Positions 9,434 to 18,901 of a stretch of 64,000 nucleotides of DNA are shown piece by piece. This stretch comes from Shigella phage ESh28. Position numbers and translations under genes: made by a program. Positions within the stretch are counted from its first letter, which is position 1. The number at the start of each line of letters is the position of its first letter. The stretch lies in sequence record ON528738; one strand, written 5' to 3'. The notes under the pieces were generated by a model. The model ran no database searches. It was not told the DNA's origin and saw nothing but the letters and a program-made list of their open reading frames with translations.

Positions 9434-9622
9434 ATGAAAATTGAAGCACTCAATCAAGAAGGAAATATCTACGTCATCATTAATGGTGATTTTTTCGTCG
9501 ACATGGATGAAGTTACTAGTGAAGAACTTGTAGAACTTCTTAAGAAACGTTATAATATGTGTGATGAAGTTGCAACTCATATGGCGTGTGCAATATTCTC
9601 TCTTTCATATGTGGTGGAATAA
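9434..9622 (+). CDS. hypothetical small protein
   Basis: ATG after AGAGGAG SD (Met 16 of tracked ORF). Confidence 0.45.
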
Positions 9623-9804
9623 TGATTAGTATCGAACAAGCGGATAAGATTAAAGAATTGGTAGCTTTAATTCGTAAAGCAGACGAGGAGCGCATTAACT
9701 TTGCCTTATCAGGTATTGAAGAATTTGAAGCTAAAGTTGATAATGCTTTAGAAGCGTTAGATATGTTTCTTGATGAAATTATCGATCATAATACGAGAGT
9801 TTAA
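9622..9804 (+). CDS. hypothetical small helical protein
   Basis: ATG overlapping upstream stop. Confidence 0.4.
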   Translation: MISIEQADKIKELVALIRKADEERINFALSGIEEFEAKVDNALEALDMFLDEIIDHNTRV

Positions 9805-9805
9805 T

Positions 9806-10000
9806 ATGCTAACACGCGAACAGTTTGAAAAAATCATTAAATTAGCACGTGATATTGAAATAGATTCATACCAATTAGCAGTTGAGCATTGTGAAGGATA
9901 TTCATACGACGGTATAGAAGCAGCTAAAAAGGATTTGGATAAATCCAAAGCTAAGTTAGTTCAATATCTTGAAATGATTAGGTGGAATAATGAAAACTGA
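9806..10000 (+). CDS. hypothetical small helical protein
   Basis: Internal ATG directly after upstream stop; resembles neighbouring small ORFs. Confidence 0.4.
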   Translation: MLTREQFEKIIKLARDIEIDSYQLAVEHCEGYSYDGIEAAKKDLDKSKAKLVQYLEMIRWNNEN

Positions 10001-10163
10001 AAAGCAGATGTTTTTAATGAAACTAATTGAAGAATATGCTAATGCAGTTTCTGACTATGAATGTTCTTCTCGGGAAAGAGGTACAGCTTTCGCCAAAGAA
10101 GAAATGAAAATCATGGTTGATGCTCACACAAAGCTTCAGAATTTTATTGAAAACGTCATTTAA
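9990..10163 (+). CDS. hypothetical small protein
   Basis: 57-codon ORF not in track; ATGA-type overlap with upstream gene. Confidence 0.35.
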   Translation: MKTEKQMFLMKLIEEYANAVSDYECSSRERGTAFAKEEMKIMVDAHTKLQNFIENVI

Positions 10164-10165
10164 TG

Positions 10166-10196
10166 GTTTACAAGTTGGCAAGGTTATGGTATAGTA
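10166..10196 (+). promoter_or_regulatory. T4-type early promoter with stem-loop around -10
   Basis: GTTTAC ... TATGGTATAGT; imperfect inverted repeat flanks the -10. Confidence 0.55.
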
Positions 10197-10223
10197 ATCT
10201 TGTCAACTGCCAAGGAGAAGAGA

Positions 10224-10328
10224 ATGAAAGTTTTGTTTGTTGTGTATGTGATGATTCAATATAATTACCCAATGTTTACTTATAATCTGGTGAACAACAT
10301 TATTGATATTATTCAAAGGAGTATGTAA
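10224..10328 (+). CDS. possible small hydrophobic peptide (34 aa)
   Basis: AAGGAGAAG SD then ATG; stop overlaps start of next gene. Confidence 0.3.
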   Translation: MKVLFVVYVMIQYNYPMFTYNLVNNIIDIIQRSM

Positions 10329-10513
10329 TGACGAGTGAGCAGGCTTTTAAATTAAGAGAATTAATTGAGACGTATAGTAAAGCTGTTCATACATCAACAA
10401 TTATTGATGAATCAGCTTTCTCCGGACATGCTAACAAGATTAAATACAAAACTCTTATGGAAGAAGCTAAAGTAAATCTTGATTCTTATATTGAAACTTT
10501 AATTGGTGAATAA
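10328..10513 (+). CDS. hypothetical small protein
   Basis: Tracked ORF with AAGGAG SD. Confidence 0.45.
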   Translation: MTSEQAFKLRELIETYSKAVHTSTIIDESAFSGHANKIKYKTLMEEAKVNLDSYIETLIGE

Positions 10514-10514
10514 C

Positions 10515-10781
10515 ATGGGCTTTCCTAAATTAGAAGTAGGTGATTTAATCTTAACAAAATTATGGAATGATGTTCAATCAGTAGAAATCTGCCAATATCG
10601 TGGAGCAACAGGTAATTTGATGTACACGATTTATAATCCAGAAATTTTGTTAGAGTGTCATTTGGAACGCTTTATAAAAGACACCGATAGTATGCCTTAT
10701 AGTGTATCAATTGTACGTAAATCTGATACAAAGGAATATTCTAAAATTTTAGAACAAATCAGCGCAAATAAAAAGGATTAA
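10515..10781 (+). CDS. hypothetical protein
   Basis: ATG (MGFPKLEV...) right after upstream stop; tracked ORF begins at GTG. Confidence 0.45.
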   Translation: MGFPKLEVGDLILTKLWNDVQSVEICQYRGATGNLMYTIYNPEILLECHLERFIKDTDSMPYSVSIVRKSDTKEYSKILEQISANKKD

Positions 10782-10782
10782 T

Positions 10783-11316
10783 ATGAAACGATTAGTATTA
10801 GAAGTTAGTCCACTTTTTGGTGAATTGGCTATAGAAAAAGTAAATAATATGTATCGTTTGACGCAAGAAGACGATATGATGTATTTTACACCTAGTGAAA
10901 TTATTCATTTAACCCAAATTGAATATCCTTATACTGATAAAATAGTAAGCATCAATGATGAGCACAAAATTCATTTTTATTCTTCATGCCCAGGATTTAA
11001 TATTAAAAGTGAGTCAATGTGTTTATCAGTTATCCATTGGGATAGTTTTATAGCTAAGATTAAATATTTTTATTATTCTAATGAAAGAAAACATAGTTTA
11101 AAATGGCTCAAAAATTGCAATGCTATTATTACTAACGCTTGCAATCAGAATGATGAAACTCTTTTAAATGTATCAAAATGTTATGAAGATGGAGATGTCT
11201 TAACTATTCGTCAAATTGACGATTTTCGATCGCATATTGTCACATTTACCAAAGACGAAGCTATTGCGCTAAAGACTTATCTTGATTCTGTCATTCCAAC
11301 TATGATTTCAAAGTGA
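10783..11316 (+). CDS. hypothetical protein, paralog pair member A
   Basis: C terminus ...KDEAIALKTYLDSVIPTMISK resembles that of the next ORF. Confidence 0.5.
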   Translation: MKRLVLEVSPLFGELAIEKVNNMYRLTQEDDMMYFTPSEIIHLTQIEYPYTDKIVSINDEHKIHFYSSCPGFNIKSESMCLSVIHWDSFIAKIKYFYYSNERKHSLKWLKNCNAIITNACNQNDETLLNVSKCYEDGDVLTIRQIDDFRSHIVTFTKDEAIALKTYLDSVIPTMISK

Positions 11317-11322
11317 GGAAAT

Positions 11323-11844
11323 ATGTTTATTTCAAGTGAAAGTGGTTTAATTCGTGCTGAATTTAAAAATGACATCTTTCTTATTCAAGGAGATGATATT
11401 ATTAAAATGAGTTATGACGAAATCAAGAAAATTTGTCATGCTCTTGAAAGTCATGGAAAAGTGAACGCTGTTATTGATATTGGCGATTTATGGGTGACAC
11501 TTTATGAAGTATCCGAAGGATTTAATATTGAAGATGAAAACAACATCTTAGCTATTGATAAAAGAAGTGATTTGTTTGATGTATTAAAAGTTTATGAACA
11601 GTCAAACGGTGGAAGAAAAGCTGTATTGATTTATCAAAAACCACATTCATGTGGAACTGCTTCAATCATTTCAAATATTGATGATGAAACTGATACTTAT
11701 ATGTGTGTTTTAAAAGCTGGTGGTGACCGTCATCCGGATTTTATTTCTATTCGTCAAAACAATGGAGAAATTTCATTATCAAAATCAGAAGCTGAAGCGA
11801 TGATTAAGTATTTAACAACCGTTACGCCTTCAATGAAAGGATAG
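11323..11844 (+). CDS. hypothetical protein, paralog pair member B
   Basis: C terminus ...KSEAEAMIKYLTTVTPSMKG resembles previous ORF. Confidence 0.5.
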   Translation: MFISSESGLIRAEFKNDIFLIQGDDIIKMSYDEIKKICHALESHGKVNAVIDIGDLWVTLYEVSEGFNIEDENNILAIDKRSDLFDVLKVYEQSNGGRKAVLIYQKPHSCGTASIISNIDDETDTYMCVLKAGGDRHPDFISIRQNNGEISLSKSEAEAMIKYLTTVTPSMKG

Positions 11845-11846
11845 TT

Positions 11847-12308
11847 ATGATTATTAATGAAAACTCTTGGCACTATAAATTATTCAAATTGTTTAACGAT
11901 GAATGGCAACGACCTAAGACACTATGCGCATACTTTTGGTCTATTGTTATCCCTACATTTTTCGTTTCTATTTTTGGGTGTGCTATACTCGTAGGGTTAA
12001 CAATTATTTGTGCAGAAAGCCTACAACGTTGGCTTATTTTCGGTAGTTTATGGACTTTGCTTCCATCAGCATTTATACTTGCGCTTTTGGTTGTTTTACT
12101 TATTATCGGTTCATTTGTTATTCCTGCACAACTGCGTGAAAAATATAAAGATTATAAATGGAAAAAGGACTATGCTTTACACGTAGAAAATATTGATAGA
12201 GCGTATAAAGGTTTACCTCCTATTCAACCCAAGAAATCGATTATCGTCGAATTTTTAAAAGCTCGTAAAGCTAAAGTATGTCCTGTTATTGAATATAAGG
12301 CTGAATGA
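11847..12308 (+). CDS. polytopic membrane protein
   Basis: Several hydrophobic helices; ATGA overlap into next gene. Confidence 0.5.
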   Translation: MIINENSWHYKLFKLFNDEWQRPKTLCAYFWSIVIPTFFVSIFGCAILVGLTIICAESLQRWLIFGSLWTLLPSAFILALLVVLLIIGSFVIPAQLREKYKDYKWKKDYALHVENIDRAYKGLPPIQPKKSIIVEFLKARKAKVCPVIEYKAE

Positions 12309-13318
12309 TGAAAACAGTAATGAAAAGCTATTTTGGTAGTCATCTTTATGGAACTTCTACCCCAGAATCTGATGTAGATTTTAAAGAAATCTTTGTTCCT
12401 CCTGCTCGCGATATTCTTATTGGAAATGTTAAAGAGCACATGAGTAAAAATACCAACAACACATCATCTAAAAACACTAAAGATGATATTGACCACGAAT
12501 TGTATAGTCTTAAGTATTTCTTTAAATTAGCAGCAGATGGTGAAACTGTAGCATTGGATATGCTTCACACTCCACCTGAACTAGTGGTTAAATCTGATTT
12601 GCCTGATGTGTGGAAGTTTATTCAAGACAACCGTTCTCGTTTTTATACGACTAACATGAAATCCTATTTAGGATATGTCCGCAAGCAAGCTTCTAAATAT
12701 GGTGTCAAGGGTTCTCGTTTGGCTGCATTACGCGATGTATTGAAAGTAGTTAATCAAATCCCTGAGCAATGGGTTGATTACCAAGAAGATGGTTCTATTA
12801 AGCAGCGTCGTACTAAAGTTGAAGATATTAAGCATCGTCTTCCAGAAAACGAATTCTGTGAATGGGTGTTCCATAATCATGAGAAAACAGGCCCACAAAC
12901 GTTCTACACTGTGTTGGGTCGTAAATATCAGACAACGCTTTCTCTTATTGAGCTTAAGCAGTCACTGAACAAATTAGATGCTGAATATGGTGAACGTGCT
13001 CGTAAGGCCGAAGCCAATGAAGGTATTGACTGGAAAGCTCTGAGTCATGCTTGCCGTGGTGGACTCCAACTATTGGAAATTTACAAAACTGGTGACTTGG
13101 TTTATCCACTCAAAGATGCTCCTTTTATTCTCGACGTGAAGTTGGGTAAGCATCCATTTAAAACGGTTCAAGAGTTTTTGGAAGATGTGGTCGATCAAGT
13201 AGAAGCAGCATCTACTGAAGCTTCTAAGAACGGTATGCAACAAAAAGTAGACATGAGTTTCTGGGATGACTTCCTTGAGAAGGTCTATCTTGAAAACCAC
13301 CGAAATTATTATAAATGA
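12305..13318 (+). CDS. nucleotidyltransferase-fold protein (Pol-beta superfamily motif)
   Basis: N-terminal G-S-x10-D-V-D signature (YFGSHLYGTSTPESDVDF); 337 aa. Confidence 0.55.
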   Translation: MMKTVMKSYFGSHLYGTSTPESDVDFKEIFVPPARDILIGNVKEHMSKNTNNTSSKNTKDDIDHELYSLKYFFKLAADGETVALDMLHTPPELVVKSDLPDVWKFIQDNRSRFYTTNMKSYLGYVRKQASKYGVKGSRLAALRDVLKVVNQIPEQWVDYQEDGSIKQRRTKVEDIKHRLPENEFCEWVFHNHEKTGPQTFYTVLGRKYQTTLSLIELKQSLNKLDAEYGERARKAEANEGIDWKALSHACRGGLQLLEIYKTGDLVYPLKDAPFILDVKLGKHPFKTVQEFLEDVVDQVEAASTEASKNGMQQKVDMSFWDDFLEKVYLENHRNYYK

Positions 13319-13320
13319 TA

Positions 13321-13345
13321 GGGAGCCTTCGGGCTCCCTTTTTTA
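13321..13345 (+). terminator. rho-independent terminator
   Basis: GGGAGCC-TTCG-GGCTCCC hairpin plus T tract. Confidence 0.7.
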
Positions 13346-13368
13346 TTTCAAAAATTTTTCACAAAGTT

Positions 13369-13398
13369 GTTTACAAGCATAAAGCTTTATGGTACTAT
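13369..13398 (+). promoter_or_regulatory. T4-type early promoter with conserved leader cassette
   Basis: A/T-rich UP, GTTTAC, TATGGTACTATAC, then leader ACAACTATCAACTGATACGGATTTGGAGAATAAAATG. Confidence 0.6.
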
Positions 13399-13432
13399 AC
13401 AACTATCAACTGATACGGATTTGGAGAATAAA

Positions 13433-14401
13433 ATGAAAACTGTAACTATCAATAAGGGTATCTACTTCGGTAAAGAAATCTCTGGAACTTTTGAGCTCTT
13501 AGGCGAATGGTTCCCAGATAATGCTCCGGTAGATGCACAAGGAGATGGTAAAGTTTTTGTTGAAATTGACGGTAAGCGTCGCGGTGTTTGGGTTTACAAA
13601 TCAGACATTTCATATGATGGTGTAAAAGTTGAAGAAGTTAAAGAATCATATGAAGATATGAAAACCCGCATTAATAAAAGATTTAATGTTATGGGAATGA
13701 TGACGAATGGTATTATTAACGGAAACATTCGTTCATTAATTATCTCTGGTGCGGCGGGTATTGGTAAAACGTATTCTTTAGATAAAGCTTTAAATAAAGC
13801 AAATGATATTGGATACATTGAATATAAAAGCATTAACGGTAAAATCTCTGGTATCGGTCTTTATGAACAGCTTTGGAATAATCGTGAAGAGAATTCTGTC
13901 CTTTTGATTGATGATGTGGATGTTTTCTCTGATATGGACATTCTTAATCTTCTAAAAGCTGCTCTGGACACTGGAGAGACCCGTAAAGTCTGCTGGAGCA
14001 CTGCATCTTCTTACTTAGAAGAAAAAGGCATTGAGCGTGAGTTTGAATTTAAAGGAACGATTGTTTTTATCACAAACGTTGACATTGACCGCGAATTAGA
14101 CCGTGGTACTAAACTTGCTCCGCATTTACAAGCATTAGTGTCCCGCTCAGTTTATTTGGATTTGGGTGTTCACACTAATGAAGAAATTATGGTCAGGGTT
14201 GAAGATGTTATTCTTTCAACTGACATGATGCAAAAGCGCGGTCTTTCTGATGAAGAAACTTATAAAGCATTATCATGGATGAAAGTCAATGTTAATCGTT
14301 TACGCAATGTTTCACTGCGTACTGCACTTTATCTTGCTGACTTTATTATGACCGACAAAAATGGTTGGGAAGAAATTGCTGAGGTTACTCTTCTGAAATA
14401 A
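13433..14401 (+). CDS. AAA+ family ATPase
   Basis: Walker A GAAGIGKT and Walker B VLLIDDVD; start ATG is the terminal ATG of the leader cassette. Confidence 0.6.
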   Translation: MKTVTINKGIYFGKEISGTFELLGEWFPDNAPVDAQGDGKVFVEIDGKRRGVWVYKSDISYDGVKVEEVKESYEDMKTRINKRFNVMGMMTNGIINGNIRSLIISGAAGIGKTYSLDKALNKANDIGYIEYKSINGKISGIGLYEQLWNNREENSVLLIDDVDVFSDMDILNLLKAALDTGETRKVCWSTASSYLEEKGIEREFEFKGTIVFITNVDIDRELDRGTKLAPHLQALVSRSVYLDLGVHTNEEIMVRVEDVILSTDMMQKRGLSDEETYKALSWMKVNVNRLRNVSLRTALYLADFIMTDKNGWEEIAEVTLLK

Positions 14402-14499
14402 TTCATAAGAGGCCTTCTATGACAAAAAGGCAGTTCAGAAATAGATTATATGGACTGCCATCAAAAAGATGACTAGAATTAAACTGGTAAATGGAGGTA

Positions 14500-14805
14500 A
14501 TGATGTTATACTCAAAGGCTCGTGAAATTTATGAAACTAAAATTAAAGACGCGGTTCATCAGTTCGCAACGACAATGCGTTGGACAAATGACTGGGAATA
14601 CTCCAAGAATCATAAGAAGCCCTTGGTGACAAGAAAGGCTCATATATTAGTGTTAATAGACCGTGAGCAGATTAAAGCCCGAGAAGCCCTCCAGAATCAT
14701 AAAAAGGCTGCCTTTGAATGGTTTATGGATAACACTGCTCCTGAGACTAAGAAAGCAGTGAGCGCTTGGTTCAGTGGAAAAAATTGTGAAAGAAGTTTCT
14801 TTTAG
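14500..14805 (+). CDS. hypothetical protein
   Basis: GGAGG then ATGATG; start placed at internal Met of tracked ORF. Confidence 0.4.
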   Translation: MMLYSKAREIYETKIKDAVHQFATTMRWTNDWEYSKNHKKPLVTRKAHILVLIDREQIKAREALQNHKKAAFEWFMDNTAPETKKAVSAWFSGKNCERSFF

Positions 14806-14807
14806 TT

Positions 14808-14837
14808 GTTTACAAGACCGTTCCTCTGTGGTACTAT
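14808..14837 (+). promoter_or_regulatory. T4-type early promoter with conserved leader cassette
   Basis: GTTTAC ... TGTGGTACTATACAACTATCAACTACGGAGG. Confidence 0.55.
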
Positions 14838-14865
14838 ACAACTATCAACTACGGAGGAACAGAAA

Positions 14866-15393
14866 ATGAATGCTAAAGATATTTTCAACTTGGTAAACTA
14901 CAATGATGGTAAATTTAAATCTGAAGCTCAAAGCAAGTTCTTTAATGATGTCTCAATCGGTGGTGAAATCACGGTTGATGGAGGACAAATTTACAAATCC
15001 CGTTGGAATTGGATCGTTATTATCGATGAGATTGGTATTGTAGAAATTTACAAGAATACGAATAAAAATCGTACATTACACTGGTCTCGTGATACTAACG
15101 AACAGTACAAAAAGGATAAAGCATCTAAATTATCTCGTGTAACTCAAGAAGATATTGAGTTCATCAAGAAAGATATTTTGATGTATGATAACTTAATTGC
15201 TGAAGAGCAAGCTGTTATTGATAAATTTGACGAGATTAAAGCTTCTCGTGAAATTCCTGATTTTATGAAAGAATCAGTAAATGAACGATACACTCTCATT
15301 TCAGAGCGTATTGAAACTTACAAAAAGCAAAGAGCTGAACGCCAAAATACTCTTCGGAAGTTTGAAGAACGGTTAAAGACGGTACTCGCATAA
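14866..15393 (+). CDS. hypothetical protein with C-terminal coiled coil (family member 0)
   Basis: C-terminal heptad-like ...ERIETYKKQRAERQNTLRKFEERLKTVLA; ATG after GGAGG. Confidence 0.5.
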   Translation: MNAKDIFNLVNYNDGKFKSEAQSKFFNDVSIGGEITVDGGQIYKSRWNWIVIIDEIGIVEIYKNTNKNRTLHWSRDTNEQYKKDKASKLSRVTQEDIEFIKKDILMYDNLIAEEQAVIDKFDEIKASREIPDFMKESVNERYTLISERIETYKKQRAERQNTLRKFEERLKTVLA

Positions 15394-15448
15394 CCGCTTT
15401 ATACCAAGGATGGTATAATGGTTCTAAGCCCTTTTAATTGAGATTATT

Positions 15449-15811
15449 ATGAAACAGTTGATAATTAAAAGATTGAATTTATTGATATGTTGTTTATGTA
15501 TAGTAATTGCATATGGTTATTACGCAATTAATGATTATATGCATTATAAAGATTATGATGTTACTGTAGTTAATACCATTACAGGAACACAAGGAAAGGG
15601 GTCTAGTTTATCGTTTATTGCCGTATATGAACTCAAAGACGGTTATAGATTTAGCGAATATATTTCGCCAGAGATGTATTCATCAATAGAAAAAGGTGAT
15701 AATATTACTGTAAGTTTACGTCCTTTCGACGTAAAACAGACATTGTTTGATAATATTGTTTGGTTTTTTGGAATGGTATTAGTTCAATCTGTGTGTGTGG
15801 TGCTTATATAG
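15449..15811 (+). CDS. membrane protein
   Basis: N- and C-terminal hydrophobic helices; upstream TATAAT-like box. Confidence 0.45.
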   Translation: MKQLIIKRLNLLICCLCIVIAYGYYAINDYMHYKDYDVTVVNTITGTQGKGSSLSFIAVYELKDGYRFSEYISPEMYSSIEKGDNITVSLRPFDVKQTLFDNIVWFFGMVLVQSVCVVLI

Positions 15812-15865
15812 TCTGTTCCATCTTATTCTGTATATTTAGTAAAATTGAAATTGAGTGAGGAAAAT

Positions 15866-16753
15866 ATGTCAGTAGTAATTAATAATGTCAATGCAGTAAT
15901 TAAATCTTTAGTTAATAAAAAATTGAATGAATGGACTGTACTTCGTCGTGGAGAGCCAGATAAATTTTTTCATAGATTTAACCCAACTTTGGATTTGAAT
16001 GTTATTGATAAAGATGTTCATGCTGAAATTTTAGATAAATTTAAAGTTGATATTGGGTTTGGATTAGATAAACATTTACAACGAACAAACGGGTCTGGAA
16101 TGGGTTTATCTAATCGCATTATGAAAGCCCTTAATAAAATTGGAGCATTGTCTCGTATTAACGCGAGTGAAATCCTTCGCAATTATAATAAAGGATACGA
16201 CCTTTATGGTCGACTAATGCCGAAATTATCATTTGACCAAATGATAGCGGATTTGTGGGAAAATCAACGACGATTATTAGCATTAGGCGCTCGATTAGCT
16301 AAAGGTCTAGATAAACAAATGATTTTTAAGACCAATAATACAGAAGACCTTAAATGCTTTAAATTTAGTATTCGCGGAGATGATTATTACATCAGAGCTC
16401 GCTCTACAGATTATGTTAATATGGGACATCATCTCTGTTTAGCTTTTGAAGTTTTAAAAGAAGCCGGAACATTAGAATATTCGTCTGGTGCAAAATGCCC
16501 GATTGGTTCAAGTTGTATTTTAATTTATCGCCCGGATGAATCCAGTTCATCTAAATTACCTACAAAACCTGTACCAGTTCGTAGTAACGAAAAACATTCT
16601 GAACAAATTGATTATTTTAATAAGCAAATTGAAGAGCTGAATATTTCTATTCAACAGTATGACGATGAAATTTTCAGACTATCTGGATTGAGTAGTAAAG
16701 CTAAATCTGAGCGTGAAAAGTTAATTAAAATTGTTGATTTACTTAAATCTTAA
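15866..16753 (+). CDS. hypothetical protein with C-terminal coiled coil (family member 1)
   Basis: Start at Met 8 of tracked ORF (GAGGAAAATATG); coiled-coil C terminus. Confidence 0.5.
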   Translation: MSVVINNVNAVIKSLVNKKLNEWTVLRRGEPDKFFHRFNPTLDLNVIDKDVHAEILDKFKVDIGFGLDKHLQRTNGSGMGLSNRIMKALNKIGALSRINASEILRNYNKGYDLYGRLMPKLSFDQMIADLWENQRRLLALGARLAKGLDKQMIFKTNNTEDLKCFKFSIRGDDYYIRARSTDYVNMGHHLCLAFEVLKEAGTLEYSSGAKCPIGSSCILIYRPDESSSSKLPTKPVPVRSNEKHSEQIDYFNKQIEELNISIQQYDDEIFRLSGLSSKAKSEREKLIKIVDLLKS

Positions 16754-16761
16754 GGAACACT

Positions 16762-17790
16762 ATGAAAACTCGTTCTCAAATTGAAGATATAGTTCGTAAT
16801 GCCAGCTATACTCGTGATGTTATGACATTTTTGTGCCAAAATAATTTAGACCCTGATAAAGTTAATCGTGATATTCATCACTTTAAGTATACGAATAGCA
16901 GTGAATGGGTGCGTAATTTTAGTAAAGCAGGGTATATTACGCAAATGACTGCTCGTGAACAGCTCACCGATTTCTGTAAAACTATTGATTATAAAAATCC
17001 TTTATTTGTTCAAGGCGTTGGTCAGAGTAAGGTTGATTTATCAACAGGATTTTTTAATCCAAATCATTATCGTCTTGAATGGAGATTTATTGCTCTATTC
17101 CGTAAACAATTAAAGCAAATTTTGTCTACAGCTAGTCGATTAAAAGGTTCTAATATTAACTTAAAGAATCTGAAATTTGATGGTTATACTCTTCAAATGG
17201 AAGTAAGACCATCTAAAGAAAATAATAGAACTGCACGAATTAGCTTTAAACCTAATACAAAAAATTCTCTTTCAATTTGTGAATGTCTTAAATCACAGTT
17301 GACAGAAGCATTTAAGTATATGGATGTTGTTGCTGCTGTTCAATCTAAGATTTTACCTCGTTTTGAACGATTTAAGTTAGATACAACATCATATGAACTT
17401 GATATGATCGTTTCATTTAAATACGATTTTTTGAGAAAGGACGAAGTCCCGCAAGAGAAAAAGCAGGAAGTGCAAGATAACTTAAATTTAAATTTATCCA
17501 ATTACTTATCAAACGATCCTAAATTTTGGATGTATAGCTCAAGCAATATAGATGCATGTAAACTTAATAAAGTGAGTTTTCTTCCTACTGAAAATTCAAA
17601 TTTTAAACCTGTAGAAAAATGGCACGCTGACGCGATTGAGAAGTCTCTTAAGGCAGTAGATGATGAACTCGTTAAAGCGACCAATGAAGTGCTAGAAGCT
17701 GAAAAGGTGTTAGAACAAGCTCAGTCAAGGGTTCAAAATCTGACAAAGCAACGTTCTAAACTGAACAATGCACTAAATGCACTGAACTAG
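16762..17790 (+). CDS. hypothetical protein with C-terminal coiled coil (family member 2)
   Basis: 342 aa; C terminus ...VLEAEKVLEQAQSRVQNLTKQRSKLNNALNALN. Confidence 0.5.
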   Translation: MKTRSQIEDIVRNASYTRDVMTFLCQNNLDPDKVNRDIHHFKYTNSSEWVRNFSKAGYITQMTAREQLTDFCKTIDYKNPLFVQGVGQSKVDLSTGFFNPNHYRLEWRFIALFRKQLKQILSTASRLKGSNINLKNLKFDGYTLQMEVRPSKENNRTARISFKPNTKNSLSICECLKSQLTEAFKYMDVVAAVQSKILPRFERFKLDTTSYELDMIVSFKYDFLRKDEVPQEKKQEVQDNLNLNLSNYLSNDPKFWMYSSSNIDACKLNKVSFLPTENSNFKPVEKWHADAIEKSLKAVDDELVKATNEVLEAEKVLEQAQSRVQNLTKQRSKLNNALNALN

Positions 17791-17819
17791 TTTACTTTGC
17801 CACAAGGATGTGGTATAAT
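17790..17819 (+). promoter_or_regulatory. T4-type early promoter (near-identical copy at 61688)
   Basis: AGTTTACTTTGCCACAAGGATGTGGTATAAT; small hairpin CCACA/TGTGG before -10. Confidence 0.6.
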
Positions 17820-17847
17820 GTTCTTACTTTCTACTGAGGAGATTAAT

Positions 17848-18849
17848 ATGACTCGTAACGAATATATCAAATCATTCAATAGCGTTATTGATGATAAAGC
17901 TATACCGATGTTTGGTCAAAATATCGTTCTTTCTATTATCAATCAATGGCTCAATAGTGTTGATGCAAGTATTGTTTCTTCTACTAAATTTATTCATGAA
18001 ATTCGTAAAATTTCTAGCCGTGTAGATAAAGATCTTATCAAGAAAACCTTTAAAGAGTCTCGTCTTCTTTCATATTTGGTTAATCGGGATATTCTTGGTA
18101 ATTTTGGGAAAGAAATTAAACGAACCAAAGATGTAGTAGGATATAATTGGTTCGGTGATGTTAATTCTTATCATCTTAATAATAAAGAAGACCCTGAGAA
18201 TATTTTTACTCGTCGTTGGATTAGTAATTTCAGACTTTTCAAAGGACAGATTCTAAAATCAGCTTCTAAATTATGTTATGGCGATTATCGTCAAATTCAT
18301 CCTTTGGCTTCTGATATGATTATCGTAAAAGAATATGAGCTTGATGAAAATAAAGTAGCTATTTTTGTGAATTATGGATTTTTTACACCAGAAACTAACC
18401 AAAAGAACATCAATAAATTTTTCTCAATTGCTAGCACTATAACTCGTCAATTAGAGACCGCATTACTTTGTATGGAAACAGTAGAAAATATTCATACATA
18501 TCCTTTTAAGAATATATGCGGTTGGGAAGGATATAAAATTGTAGTTAGTCTTCGTGAAGTGAAATGTACTTATTCACCTACTAGTAAAGAAATTTACCAA
18601 CAAAAATGTGATGAAATTGTGAATACTCCTAAAGAAGAAACTACCCTTGAGGAACTAATGGAATGTCTTGACGATTCACCTGAACCGATAGAAATTCGTC
18701 CAGAAGTTATTGCACTAGAAAAAGCTTATAAAGAAGCTCTAGAAATTTCTAATAAAGCACAGAAAGAATATGAGAAGGCTAAAAGGATTTGGGAAGAATC
18801 TGTTAATCGCCTGGATCGTCTTGAACAAGCTTTACAGTTAATTAAGTAA
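17848..18849 (+). CDS. hypothetical protein with C-terminal coiled coil (family member 3)
   Basis: Start at Met 18 of tracked ORF after GAGGAG SD; coiled-coil C terminus. Confidence 0.5.
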   Translation: MTRNEYIKSFNSVIDDKAIPMFGQNIVLSIINQWLNSVDASIVSSTKFIHEIRKISSRVDKDLIKKTFKESRLLSYLVNRDILGNFGKEIKRTKDVVGYNWFGDVNSYHLNNKEDPENIFTRRWISNFRLFKGQILKSASKLCYGDYRQIHPLASDMIIVKEYELDENKVAIFVNYGFFTPETNQKNINKFFSIASTITRQLETALLCMETVENIHTYPFKNICGWEGYKIVVSLREVKCTYSPTSKEIYQQKCDEIVNTPKEETTLEELMECLDDSPEPIEIRPEVIALEKAYKEALEISNKAQKEYEKAKRIWEESVNRLDRLEQALQLIK

Positions 18850-18901
18850 TTTAAAGCCAAGGATGGCTCGGAGTATAAACCATTAACCAAGTGAGAAGAA
18901 T

